Shown piece after piece: positions 18,055 to 27,638 of a stretch of DNA of 43,344 bases. The DNA lies in NCBI GenBank assembly GCA_041571435.1, contig JBFFUI010000015.1:1-43344 (forward strand), read 5' to 3'. The notes below the pieces were generated by a model. The model searched no databases. It saw nothing but the letters and a program-made list of their open reading frames with translations, and was not told where the DNA came from. A program made the translations under genes and the position numbers. Position 1 is the first letter of the stretch. Every line of letters starts with the position of its first letter. This DNA is from Sulfurimonadaceae bacterium. GTDB lineage: Bacteria > Campylobacterota > Campylobacteria > Campylobacterales > Sulfurimonadaceae.

Positions 18055-19125
18055 ATGAGTAGCACACTGTCGCCGTTTCCAGGGTTTCTTGATCTTCTCA
18101 AGCACCTTATACGCAGACCATCCGTCGTAGGGGCCGAACACCCTTTTTTTCTTTCTCTCAAACGCGAACTGGATGAGATCGGCATCAAAACAACTCTATA
18201 TGAAGGGCTGCTTGTAGCCGAAGGAAGCGATCCTGAACGCGGTATGCTTTCAGCACATATCGACCGGCACGGTCTGATCTGTACCGGACCCAATGAATTT
18301 CAATATGCAGCCTTTATGACGGAAAACCGTGCCGACCTGACCGGCGACTCTTTTTCCGAGCAGACCTACATGGCGATCGTTGAACGCTTTGAAGAGCAGC
18401 CGGTTCAAGCGTATGAGCCATGGTCCGGCAGTTATCTTGGGCTGGGTATAATCGATAACGCTTATATCTGTGAGCGTCGAAAAAACCTTGTTTTTAAAGT
18501 CAAAGGGCTCGAGCATCTTCTGCCGGGTACTCCGGTAGCTTTTGTCGATACGCTTACCTATAAAGAGGGGCTGCTCTCGGCGCAGCTGGACAATGTTCTC
18601 AGTGCAGCCGTTATCGTCTACCTCTATCGATTGGGCTACACAGGAACAGCCTTTTTTACGGCACAGGAAGAAGCGGGAAAAAGCTGGCGTTTTCTGCTTG
18701 AATGGTTCCGCCGTTTTGACAAAGAGACCAACAGCCTGCTGGTACTTGATACCAGCCCTTATCAGACCCGGGAACTCGCCGATCAACAACACATCGTACT
18801 GCGTCATCGGGATGCTAATGCCAGGTTTGACGCTGCCTTTACTAAAAGTATCGAAAAGCTCTGCCGTACATTAAAGACCAATTACAGTTTCAAAGACAGC
18901 TATCTTGAAAAAGAGAATAAACGGCGTGTTGAAGAGGGACTAAAAAAGAACTCACTCGGCAGTACCGAGATGGGCAGGCTTACGGCTGCCAGTGAGGGTA
19001 CGATAAAAGGGACCACATTGCAGATCCCGACAACCGGGTATCACACGACATCTGAAACAGCCTCATCTGAAGCTGTCGCCAAAATGCTGGAACTGCTTAA
19101 GACGATGTATATAGACGCACAGTGA
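18055..19125 (+). CDS. M42/M28-like dinuclear metallopeptidase
   Basis: Full ligand set SAHID, QLDN, QEEAG, VLDT, GYHT; start moved to ATG 18055 (SD GAGG). Confidence 0.85.
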   Translation: MSSTLSPFPGFLDLLKHLIRRPSVVGAEHPFFLSLKRELDEIGIKTTLYEGLLVAEGSDPERGMLSAHIDRHGLICTGPNEFQYAAFMTENRADLTGDSFSEQTYMAIVERFEEQPVQAYEPWSGSYLGLGIIDNAYICERRKNLVFKVKGLEHLLPGTPVAFVDTLTYKEGLLSAQLDNVLSAAVIVYLYRLGYTGTAFFTAQEEAGKSWRFLLEWFRRFDKETNSLLVLDTSPYQTRELADQQHIVLRHRDANARFDAAFTKSIEKLCRTLKTNYSFKDSYLEKENKRRVEEGLKKNSLGSTEMGRLTAASEGTIKGTTLQIPTTGYHTTSETASSEAVAKMLELLKTMYIDAQ

Positions 19126-19181
19126 AAAAGCTCATGATCGTTTTACGGTATAGTATACTATGATTAAACAGAGGTATCTTG

Positions 19182-20105
19182 ATGGACTATCAATCGATTC
19201 TTAACGACATTGCTGACGAGATACGCCCTTTTCTCACAAAGGGCAAAGTGGCAGATTACATTCCTGCACTGGCGGAGGTCGATCCCGAGCAGTTCGGTAT
19301 GTCATTGACCCTGTTCGACGGCACGCAGTACAGTGTCGGTGATGCCGAGGCACTCTTTTCCATACAGAGTATTTCAAAGGTCTTTACCTTTACACAGGCA
19401 TTGAAGTTTTACAGTACTGGCATGTACAAACGCATCGGACGGGAGCCTTCTGGCAACCCGTTCAACTCACTTGTACAGCTTGAATACGAACATGGTGTAC
19501 CGAGAAATCCCTTCATTAATGCGGGCGCCATCAATGTCACAGATGCTCTCATAAGCCACTATGGTGACAACTGCGATACCCTGGATGAAGTCATCGCATT
19601 TATCCGCGCCATCGCAGATGAGCCTTCCATATGCTATAGTAAAAGAGTGGCAGACTCCGAGATGGAACACGGTTTCAGGAACATGGCTTTGGCAAATCTG
19701 ATGAAAAGTTTCGGCAACCTCGATAATGATGTTGAGCAGGTCGTAGAGACCTATTTCAAACACTGTGCCGTCGAGATGAACACGATGATGCTTTCGCGCG
19801 CGATGCTCTATCTAGCAAATCACGGCGAAGACCCGATAACCGGTACGGTCTATATTACACCCCAGCAGGCTAAACGTATCAACGCCGTGATGCTCACCTG
19901 CGGACATTATGACGCCTCGGGAGATTTTGCTTTTCACGTCGGCCTGCCCGGAAAAAGCGGTGTCGGCGGGGGTATCGTGGCAGTGATCCCGAAACTGATG
20001 GGCATCGCAGTCTGGTCACCGGGACTGAACGCGCAGGGCAACTCCCTCGTCGGGACCATGGCACTGGAGCTTTTCACCAGTAAGACCGGGTTGTCGATCT
20101 TTTAA
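19182..20105 (+). CDS. glsA: Glutaminase
   Basis: GKVADYIPAL, FSIQSISK, GREPSGNPFN, NPFINAGAI, GLPGKSGVGGG. Confidence 0.97.
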   Translation: MDYQSILNDIADEIRPFLTKGKVADYIPALAEVDPEQFGMSLTLFDGTQYSVGDAEALFSIQSISKVFTFTQALKFYSTGMYKRIGREPSGNPFNSLVQLEYEHGVPRNPFINAGAINVTDALISHYGDNCDTLDEVIAFIRAIADEPSICYSKRVADSEMEHGFRNMALANLMKSFGNLDNDVEQVVETYFKHCAVEMNTMMLSRAMLYLANHGEDPITGTVYITPQQAKRINAVMLTCGHYDASGDFAFHVGLPGKSGVGGGIVAVIPKLMGIAVWSPGLNAQGNSLVGTMALELFTSKTGLSIF

Positions 20106-20178
20106 CTTCGATCCGTTTGTAAGGGCCGTTGCCCGGATCTCAGGATAATGATTAGTCTTTAGTATGCTATATTATCTG

Positions 20179-20226
20179 TATAATGTAACTGTGCATAATT
20201 GTGAATACTACACACAATTGCATGCA
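20179..20226 (+). promoter_or_regulatory. TATAAT -10 followed by an inverted repeat (candidate operator) upstream of the mscS operon
   Basis: TATAAT 20179-20184; AATTGTG-N9-CACAATT 20197-20219 flanked by TGCAT/ATGCA. Confidence 0.4.
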
Positions 20227-20252
20227 TGACGTGCCTATATCGGGAGAGTCAG

Positions 20253-22079
20253 ATGAAACTGTTTTTATCACTGTTGTTGCTTACCACTGCGGTATGGTCC
20301 GCCGATGTCGATACAAAGCTTTATACAGACAATAATGAATCCTATTACCAGGAGATAGAAAAACAGATAATCCGTGCCGATAGAAGTGGCCTCCGTCCCA
20401 AGAGCGTCACAGCGGAAGAGAAGTTACAACTCGCACGGGTACGCGCTGCCGCTTCGCAGGTGGTCCAGATCGAGAAATACGATCTGCAGAGCTTGGCCAA
20501 AGGCGACATCACACCCGAACATCTCTATGCGCTTGTCAATGCTGTTGCACATCTTCGGTTAAAAGTGCAGCTCAATGCGCAGGTTCTTCAGGAGATACAG
20601 TCCAAGCTGACCTTTTTAAAACAGAACATCGAGCGCATTACCGAAGACGAAAAACCCCGCCTGCTCACCTATCAGCTCCAATTCGCCTACTACAAACTGC
20701 AGCAAAAGAACATTGAAACAAAGAGCACCCTTTTAAGCGCGCATGAGACAGAGGTCAGGCAGCTGCTTACAACCGACCTGCCGTCACTGATCTGCAACAG
20801 TGCGACTTCGATAGATAAAGAGCTTGCCCAAACAGAAACGAGGCTCGAACAGTTGGGGAACGAGCATATTGCACTGCAGCTTGAGCGCGAGAAAGCGATC
20901 ATTGAAGAGAGTGACAAGCTCTCGCAGGTCCATCAAAAGATAGAGGCCTCAGATACACAGCGCCAAAATACAACAGCGCAAAAGCTCTCGCTGCAGATTC
21001 AACAATCGCTCTGTCTGCTGCACAAAAAGCACAGCAAGGACTTTTTCGTTCTTCTCGACAAAATCGAGACACTCGCATCTGACAGGCTCAAAGAAAAACG
21101 GCCGCTCTACCTGATGCAGATCGCGGTACTTAAAGAGATCGCCAAACAAGAGCTCGGAACGACCAAACTCCTGTTCGGTGCCTCGCTGCAGGAGACCAAA
21201 AAACTGCTTGCGACATTAGGGGGTTATCTAACATCACCGCTTTTCATCTTTAACGAACAACCGATCAGCGTTGTCAGTCTCTTCAAGGCACTTTTTCTGG
21301 TCATTCTCGGGTTTATTCTGGGTATGTTCTATAAACGCTGGATAGCTCGCATGACCCGAAAATGGCCGGATATGAGTCAGATGTCGGTCCGCTTGGCTTC
21401 CAATATCGGTTATTATCTGATCATGGTTATTGCCGTCATGAACGCCATCGGCAGTATTGGCATCGACATGACCTCTATCTCACTGATCGCAGGGGCATTG
21501 TCGATCGGTATCGGTTTCGGACTTCAGACCGTCGTCTCGAACTTTATCGCCGGGGTCATCCTTATGTTCGAACGTACGATACGCATCGGTGACACGATCG
21601 AGATCTCAGATGTGTTGCGCGGACGGGTCACCGACATGCGTATCCGTTCGACAACCGTCCAGACCTTTGACAACATCGACGTTGTTGTCCCGAACTCCTC
21701 TTTTGTGCAGAACAATGTCATCAACTGGACACTTGAGGACAAGACCCGAAGACTGCATATCCCCTTCGGTGTTGCCTATGGTACCGATGTTGAGGATGTC
21801 AAAAACGCGATACTCAAAGAGCTGGCTGAGAGTACCCTCTCCTATATCAAAGATAACAAGGAGAAACAACCTGAGATATGGATGGTCGCCATGAGCAGCA
21901 GCAGCGTCGATTTCGAGCTGCTGGTGTGGGTGGACTGGTCGAGCAAGCTGCGACCGAACTCACTGCGCTCAGACTTTATGATCCTCATCTACAATGCACT
22001 CTATAAACACGGCATCAAGATCCCGTTCCCGCAACTCGATCTCTATGTCAAACAGCTTCCAGAGGACACAACACCATAA
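20253..22079 (+). CDS. MscS-family mechanosensitive channel with large periplasmic coiled-coil N-terminus
   Basis: Signal peptide; GALSIGIGFGLQTVVSNFIAG, ERTIRIGD, VPNSSF, NWT, GVAYGTD, IPFPQ. Confidence 0.93.
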   Translation: MKLFLSLLLLTTAVWSADVDTKLYTDNNESYYQEIEKQIIRADRSGLRPKSVTAEEKLQLARVRAAASQVVQIEKYDLQSLAKGDITPEHLYALVNAVAHLRLKVQLNAQVLQEIQSKLTFLKQNIERITEDEKPRLLTYQLQFAYYKLQQKNIETKSTLLSAHETEVRQLLTTDLPSLICNSATSIDKELAQTETRLEQLGNEHIALQLEREKAIIEESDKLSQVHQKIEASDTQRQNTTAQKLSLQIQQSLCLLHKKHSKDFFVLLDKIETLASDRLKEKRPLYLMQIAVLKEIAKQELGTTKLLFGASLQETKKLLATLGGYLTSPLFIFNEQPISVVSLFKALFLVILGFILGMFYKRWIARMTRKWPDMSQMSVRLASNIGYYLIMVIAVMNAIGSIGIDMTSISLIAGALSIGIGFGLQTVVSNFIAGVILMFERTIRIGDTIEISDVLRGRVTDMRIRSTTVQTFDNIDVVVPNSSFVQNNVINWTLEDKTRRLHIPFGVAYGTDVEDVKNAILKELAESTLSYIKDNKEKQPEIWMVAMSSSSVDFELLVWVDWSSKLRPNSLRSDFMILIYNALYKHGIKIPFPQLDLYVKQLPEDTTP

Positions 22080-22089
22080 AGGAAAAACA

Positions 22090-23487
22090 ATGGTAACAGT
22101 AACATCATACGGCGCAGCACAAACCGTTACAGGGTCATGTCACCTTCTCAAGATCGGTTCCATCAATATATTGATCGACTGCGGTATGTTCCAGGGCGAC
22201 GGCGGAAGTGAAAATAATTACAAATCGTTCGAGTTCGAGCCTTCAGATATCCACTACCTCATCTTGACCCATGCCCACCTTGACCATATCGGAAGGGTTG
22301 CCAAACTTGTGAAAGAGGGCTTTAACGGCGAGATCATTGCAACAGAGCCCACACGTGATATTGCCAAGATCATGCTGCTTGACAGTGCCAAAATCCTGGA
22401 TGAGGAGTACCGGACCCTGAAACGCAAAGCCCTTCGCCGGGGGGAAGAAGCGAGTGTGGCCGAACCGCTCTATACGGAGGACCATGTACGCCTTGTGTTT
22501 CAAAAGAAATGGCACACACTGGCGTATTTCAAAGAGCGCAAACTTCATCAGCATATCAGAGTCTCTTTGGGGAATGCCGGTCACATTTTGGGCAGTGCCT
22601 TCGTAATGATCGATTATTATGAAGGAAACGACCTTAAACGCATCGTCTTTTCAGGTGATATCGGCAGCCCTGACCGGCTGATCATCGATGACAGGGACAA
22701 GCTCGACCACACGGATGCCCTCTTTATCGAATCAACGTACGGGGACCATAACCACAAGCCTCTCAAAGAGAGTATTGATGAGTTCAAACAGGCCGTCATC
22801 AAGACCCTTGAAAACGATGGTAATGTTCTGATCCCCTCCTTTGCACTCGAGCGAACACAGGAGGTTCTATGGCTGCTGAGAGAGATGTTTGAAGACCGCG
22901 AACTTCCGAAGTGCCGCATCTTTCTTGACAGCCCGCTGGCGATCAAGGCGACAGAGCTTTACAACAAATATCCGATCCAGCTTAACGAAGAGCTTGAATG
23001 GCAGGCTATTGGCGGCAGCAGCCCTTTCTCATTCCGATGGCTTGAACCGACCTCGGCAAGAGACCAGTCTCTGGCGATTAATGCGGTCAAAGAGCGTGCC
23101 ATCATCATTGCCGGCAGCGGGATGTGCACCGGCGGCCGGATCATGCACCATCTGAAACATCGTCTGTGGAACCCCAAGAATGCGCTGATCTTCGTAGGAT
23201 ACCAGGTTCCTGGTACCCTTGGACGGCGTATTATCGACGGAGAGCGATATGTCAGAGTCTATGGCGAAGAGATCATTAACAGAACTCAGGTCTATACGAT
23301 CAACGGCTTTTCCGCCCATGCAGACCAGAAAGGGCTCATCGAGTGGATCCGCCCTGTCAAAGGCCTCAAAAGCTTATGCCTGATTCATGGCGAGACTGAA
23401 AAGATGGCAATGCTGGCCAAGGAGATCAGAGTAGCGCTTGGGTATGACGCCCATATCATGGAACGCGGCGTAGCGATCACACTCTAA
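22090..23487 (+). CDS. MBL-fold metallo-hydrolase, beta-CASP RNA-processing type
   Basis: GAAQTVTGSCH, DCGMFQG, THAHLDH, AGHILGS, FSGD, ESTYG, SGMCTGGR, FSAHAD, HGE; start ATG 22090 with SD AAGGA. Confidence 0.93.
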   Translation: MVTVTSYGAAQTVTGSCHLLKIGSINILIDCGMFQGDGGSENNYKSFEFEPSDIHYLILTHAHLDHIGRVAKLVKEGFNGEIIATEPTRDIAKIMLLDSAKILDEEYRTLKRKALRRGEEASVAEPLYTEDHVRLVFQKKWHTLAYFKERKLHQHIRVSLGNAGHILGSAFVMIDYYEGNDLKRIVFSGDIGSPDRLIIDDRDKLDHTDALFIESTYGDHNHKPLKESIDEFKQAVIKTLENDGNVLIPSFALERTQEVLWLLREMFEDRELPKCRIFLDSPLAIKATELYNKYPIQLNEELEWQAIGGSSPFSFRWLEPTSARDQSLAINAVKERAIIIAGSGMCTGGRIMHHLKHRLWNPKNALIFVGYQVPGTLGRRIIDGERYVRVYGEEIINRTQVYTINGFSAHADQKGLIEWIRPVKGLKSLCLIHGETEKMAMLAKEIRVALGYDAHIMERGVAITL

Positions 23488-23500
23488 AGGAGCAGAGCCG

Positions 23501-24472
23501 ATGCGAAAAAACCACAAAAACAGACATAGCCTTCACGCCAAAAAGGGCATACCTACACCGCCGGAGATAGACAGACGTCAAGAGCAGCTTCCATCCGAAC
23601 GTCCCAAGACCTCCACGGTAGACCCCGATATACCCAAGCGTATAAAAGCCCTGCTGGAAAGTCCGAACTACCGCCGTGCCGATGAAGACCTTGATTTCCT
23701 GAATGAAGATGCCGTCCGGGGTATTCGGCTGCAGACCGACTACCTTAAGACCGAACTTCTGCTTCAGCAATATGGTATCGAACACACCATAGCCGTCTTC
23801 GGCGGTACGCGGATCGTCGAGAAGGCAGAAGCACAGCGGAACCTTATCGAAGCCCAGGGAGCGCTCGAAGATGACCCGCAAAACGAATTACTGCAACACA
23901 AGGTCCACATTTCGAAAAAGGTTTTGAAAAAGAGCCACTTTTATGAGATAGGACGCGAGTTCGGCCGCATTGTCGGTATGTCGGGAGCAGGTCCGTCAGA
24001 CTGCCGTATCACGCTTATGACAGGCGGCGGTCCGGGTGTGATGGAGGCAGCAAACAGAGGGGCCTTTGATGTCGATGCCAAATCAATCGGACTCAACATC
24101 AGTCTGCCGAGAGAACAGTACCCTAACCCCTATATCTCCCCGGAGCTCTGCTTCCAGTTTCACTACTTCAGTATGCGCAAGCTCCATTTTATGCGAAGGG
24201 CAAAGGCGCTCGTCGCCTTCCCGGGCGGGTATGGAACCCTCGATGAGATCCTCGAAGCGTTAACGCTGGTACAGACACGTAAGATGCCCCCGTTTCCTAT
24301 TATCCTGGTCGGAGAGGAGTACTGGGAAAAAGTGATCGATTTTGACTTCCTTCTTGATGAGGGTGTTATCGATCATGAGGATACGGAACTGTTCTGGTAT
24401 GCAGAGAGTGCCGAGGAGATCTGGGAAGGTATATTATTATGGCACCGCAAGAACGACACGCCGCTCATGTGA
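23501..24472 (+). CDS. LOG/SLOG family protein (nucleotide monophosphate nucleosidase-like)
   Basis: VFGG, TGGGPGVMEAANRGA, YFSMRK, PGGYGTLDE. Confidence 0.92.
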   Translation: MRKNHKNRHSLHAKKGIPTPPEIDRRQEQLPSERPKTSTVDPDIPKRIKALLESPNYRRADEDLDFLNEDAVRGIRLQTDYLKTELLLQQYGIEHTIAVFGGTRIVEKAEAQRNLIEAQGALEDDPQNELLQHKVHISKKVLKKSHFYEIGREFGRIVGMSGAGPSDCRITLMTGGGPGVMEAANRGAFDVDAKSIGLNISLPREQYPNPYISPELCFQFHYFSMRKLHFMRRAKALVAFPGGYGTLDEILEALTLVQTRKMPPFPIILVGEEYWEKVIDFDFLLDEGVIDHEDTELFWYAESAEEIWEGILLWHRKNDTPLM

Positions 24473-24492
24473 TCGCACACCCGACATGCGCT

Positions 24493-25503
24493 CTATTTCG
24501 AGACGATCCCGCGCAAAAGCCGTCCCAGGATATCCGCACCGGTAATGATCCGGCGGTCCTCACCCCAAATCAGAATAATATCTTCATCAATAACATCATC
24601 TTCCGTGTGCTCCGCATCGACCTGAAGACCCGGCAACGTATCGCCGAGTTTGGACTCCATGTTCGAGATGATCATCGGCCGGTGACAGTGTTCCATCGGA
24701 TCAAAAGTCTCAAATTCAAAAAGCGCCGCATTGATAAAACCGTCTGCATCGATGACCAGTCTCGGATTGTCGCGCATGTCGGTAAGGATGACCCACGACT
24801 TCTTCGAGCGGTGAACCCGGCGTATGAACCGGTCATCCACCGATGACGTGATCTCCGGAAAAACAGGATGCTTTCCCTCAAACTGCATCGGGATAATGCT
24901 CAACGGATCGATACGTTCACCCTCCTCGCTCACCTTTAGATCATCGATGGCAAGAAAGTTCAGTGCCCCTTTGCCTTCGACACGGGTTATCTCGGAATTG
25001 CTCTCGTTGATATGCATACGGAGCATCTCTTCGATCTCATTTTCTCTGAAAAATTGCACCGCCTCTTTACCCAGCCACATATCCAGTACCTTTGCCGACG
25101 GTTTGGCCAGCGGCCATAGCAACAGTTGATAAAAGCGCAATAGCGGTGAGAGTGCAGAGGCCATGCGCAGCGCATGTCGGGAGAAATATGCCTGTGGCAC
25201 GATCTCTCCAAAAAGTGTGATCACAAATGTCGAGAAAAGAAAGGCTATCGATCCGGCCAGTACGGAATTTGAGAGGAGTGTCAGCAAAACATTGATCCCG
25301 ACATTACCCCAGAGAATCGTCGTCAAAAGGAAGTTGGAATCCTCACGCATGGCAAGGACCTTTTCGGCGGCGTGGTTACCGTGTGACATCTCGATCTGCA
25401 GACGCATCTTGCTGATACTGAAAAAAGCGAGGTTCAAACCGGAGAACATAGCCGATTGAGAGACACAAAAAGCGATTCCAAACCAGATAGGTATGTCGCT
25501 CAT
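24493..25503 (-). CDS. CNNM/DUF21 (CorB-like) membrane protein with a divergent CBS-like C-terminus
   Basis: SAMFSGLNLAFFS, LLTTILWGNVGIN, FGEIVPQA; C-terminal IITGADIL. Confidence 0.88.
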   Translation of the reverse strand: MSDIPIWFGIAFCVSQSAMFSGLNLAFFSISKMRLQIEMSHGNHAAEKVLAMREDSNFLLTTILWGNVGINVLLTLLSNSVLAGSIAFLFSTFVITLFGEIVPQAYFSRHALRMASALSPLLRFYQLLLWPLAKPSAKVLDMWLGKEAVQFFRENEIEEMLRMHINESNSEITRVEGKGALNFLAIDDLKVSEEGERIDPLSIIPMQFEGKHPVFPEITSSVDDRFIRRVHRSKKSWVILTDMRDNPRLVIDADGFINAALFEFETFDPMEHCHRPMIISNMESKLGDTLPGLQVDAEHTEDDVIDEDIILIWGEDRRIITGADILGRLLRGIVSK

Positions 25504-25660
25504 TATACCCTGCCACCATCTGTCAAAGCAGACAACGTCATAAAAGCTGATACTGTATCAACAGTAAAGTGTGGCTCCATTCGCCCTCCTATTTCTAAAA
25601 CAGATTGTACTCTTTTTCGTTACAATAATGAATTAAAACAAACTGAGAGAATTGGCCAAG

Positions 25661-26458
25661 ATGGAAAACATCAAAGAATTTATAGACCCGCTTCACCTTG
25701 AGGATCTGAACAATGCAATCCATCCGTCGATCTTTGATGTAAATCAAGAGTACAACATGCTGATCATGCGCTTTCCGGTTATCGGTACAAAACTTGATGC
25801 GCTCTCGATCGGCTTTGTCTTCACAAACCATGGTGCTTATCTCTACGACAAAGCGCAAAAGGCCTTTCAGGCCCTGGACAACCGTTTCAGCACCCCTTAC
25901 AATCAGATGAACACCGTGGTCGATCAGCTTCTCAGATCATTTGCTGGCTACCAGAACACTGTTGAAACGATGGAAGAGCTTCTTTATGAGGACAGAAGTG
26001 CAGACGATTTTATGACGAACTGGCTTGATCTCAAGCGTGACATCACCCGTGTTGAACGGATATTACTGCGTGCGACCGTTACCATACAGGAGCTGATCAA
26101 TCACTATAAATCTGAAGAAGGATTTCCTGCAAACCACTACGAGGATCTGCATGAGCATATGGACCGCACTATGCGTGCTGCTACGCTGCAGCTTGCCAAG
26201 CTTGACTACCTCTACAGTTTTTACAACACCCGAACCAATGAAAAGATGAATCGTATGATCTACCTGCTGACCATCATCTCGGCAATTTTTCTTCCACTTA
26301 ACCTCGTCGTCGGTTTTTTCGGTATGAACACCAGCGGTCTTCCATTTTCGCAGGGTACTGCCGGAACACTAAGTGCTGTTTTACTGATGGCTGCTTTAAT
26401 ATTTTTGACATCCCTCATCATCTTCAAATGGCGCCGAAAAGTTGAAAAAAGTGCCTGA
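25661..26458 (+). CDS. corA: CorA-family divalent cation transporter (short form); alternative start TTG 25652
   Basis: MNRMIYLLTIISAIFLPLNLVVGFFGMN signature, two C-terminal TMs. Confidence 0.9.
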   Translation: MENIKEFIDPLHLEDLNNAIHPSIFDVNQEYNMLIMRFPVIGTKLDALSIGFVFTNHGAYLYDKAQKAFQALDNRFSTPYNQMNTVVDQLLRSFAGYQNTVETMEELLYEDRSADDFMTNWLDLKRDITRVERILLRATVTIQELINHYKSEEGFPANHYEDLHEHMDRTMRAATLQLAKLDYLYSFYNTRTNEKMNRMIYLLTIISAIFLPLNLVVGFFGMNTSGLPFSQGTAGTLSAVLLMAALIFLTSLIIFKWRRKVEKSA

Positions 26459-26623
26459 TCACATCGTCATAGTAAATGTTTTAAAAGATAGAATGCAGAC
26501 CGTTTCAGTCAGTTTTCTTATCTAAACACTACCCGTATCTCTTTCGCATCACCAAGGCTGATGTTCATTTTTTTTAGTTCATATATGCTATGTTACATCT
26601 ATCTTTTTTTTAGGCATTTATGT

Positions 26624-27631
26624 ATGAGACTTTTACACTTTCTACTTCCTTTCAGTATCGCACTTTTGCTCGGCGGCTGTGCACAAAAAGTGACCGTCAG
26701 AGCCCTGGAACCCGCAGAAGTCAGCGGCGCGGCCAATACCAAAAGCATAGCGGTCACCCCCTTCCATAGAGATGGTGTCAATCTTGCGGACAGGATCGAG
26801 GTAGCGATCGCCAACCAGCGTGTGGACGCAAAGCCCTATTTCACGGTGGTCAACCGAACCGATCTCAACAAGATCATAGCCGAACAGAAGATCCAGAACA
26901 GTGGCCTCATGGATGAATCTACTGCTGTCGAAGTGGGGAACCTATTGGGTGCGAAAGCGATCATTTCAGGATCGGTCAACGCCCCGACCATGAGTAATAG
27001 CAACTACTATGTCACACGCAAAAAATGTAAAGGCAAAGGCGAGGAAAAGGTGTGCTGGGACGTTAGGGTCAGCTGTACCAAACGGACAATCGGCCTCTCA
27101 GCGCAGATTCGTATGGTCAATGTCTCAACAGCCGGTATTATCTACGCCGACAGTGTCAGCCGCCAAAAGCAGTGGAATCGCTGTGCCGACAGCAGCAGCG
27201 GTGCGCTTCCGTCCAAACAAGCCGGTGCACAGTATCTTGCCAATGCTATCGCAAATGACTTTGCCTACAAGTTGACACCGCACTATCGCCGTATCACAGT
27301 CACGCTGCTTGAAGATCCGGACATGGAGTACAGTGATCACCAGGAGGAGCTCTTGGAGAGCGCTCTGCTCTATATCGAGCAGGCCCGCTATGACAAGGCG
27401 GAAAAACTGCTACGCCAGCTGCTGGAATCAACAGCCTCGCAAAGCTATGTACCGCTCTACAACATTGGTGTTATCTATGAGGTCCGCGGCAACTTTACGG
27501 AGGCGCAGTACTACTATAAAGCGGCAGACGACCTTACCGTTCAGCCGGTCGAAGAGATCAACCGTGCAGTCAACCGTATTCAGCACCTTATTGACAAAAA
27601 GAAAATCGCGCTTGAGCAGATCGCAAAGTAG
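26624..27631 (+). CDS. Lipoprotein with CsgG/HfaB-like domain and C-terminal TPR-like helices
   Basis: Lipobox LLGG|C; FTVVNRTDLNKIIAEQ...GNLLGAKAIISGSV; YNIGVIYEVRGNFTEAQYYY. Confidence 0.75.
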   Translation: MRLLHFLLPFSIALLLGGCAQKVTVRALEPAEVSGAANTKSIAVTPFHRDGVNLADRIEVAIANQRVDAKPYFTVVNRTDLNKIIAEQKIQNSGLMDESTAVEVGNLLGAKAIISGSVNAPTMSNSNYYVTRKKCKGKGEEKVCWDVRVSCTKRTIGLSAQIRMVNVSTAGIIYADSVSRQKQWNRCADSSSGALPSKQAGAQYLANAIANDFAYKLTPHYRRITVTLLEDPDMEYSDHQEELLESALLYIEQARYDKAEKLLRQLLESTASQSYVPLYNIGVIYEVRGNFTEAQYYYKAADDLTVQPVEEINRAVNRIQHLIDKKKIALEQIAK

Positions 27632-27638
27632 TCACAAT

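Noticed and set aside
12000..26600. The accessory block as a recently acquired mobile island
   Set aside because: No mobility genes or flanking repeats seen, and no obvious compositional break by eye
27309..27638. 110-aa N-terminal extension of the LPP20 ORF overlapping the upstream gene
   Set aside because: The lipoprotein signal starts at 27639; the extension is an off-frame read of the upstream CDS
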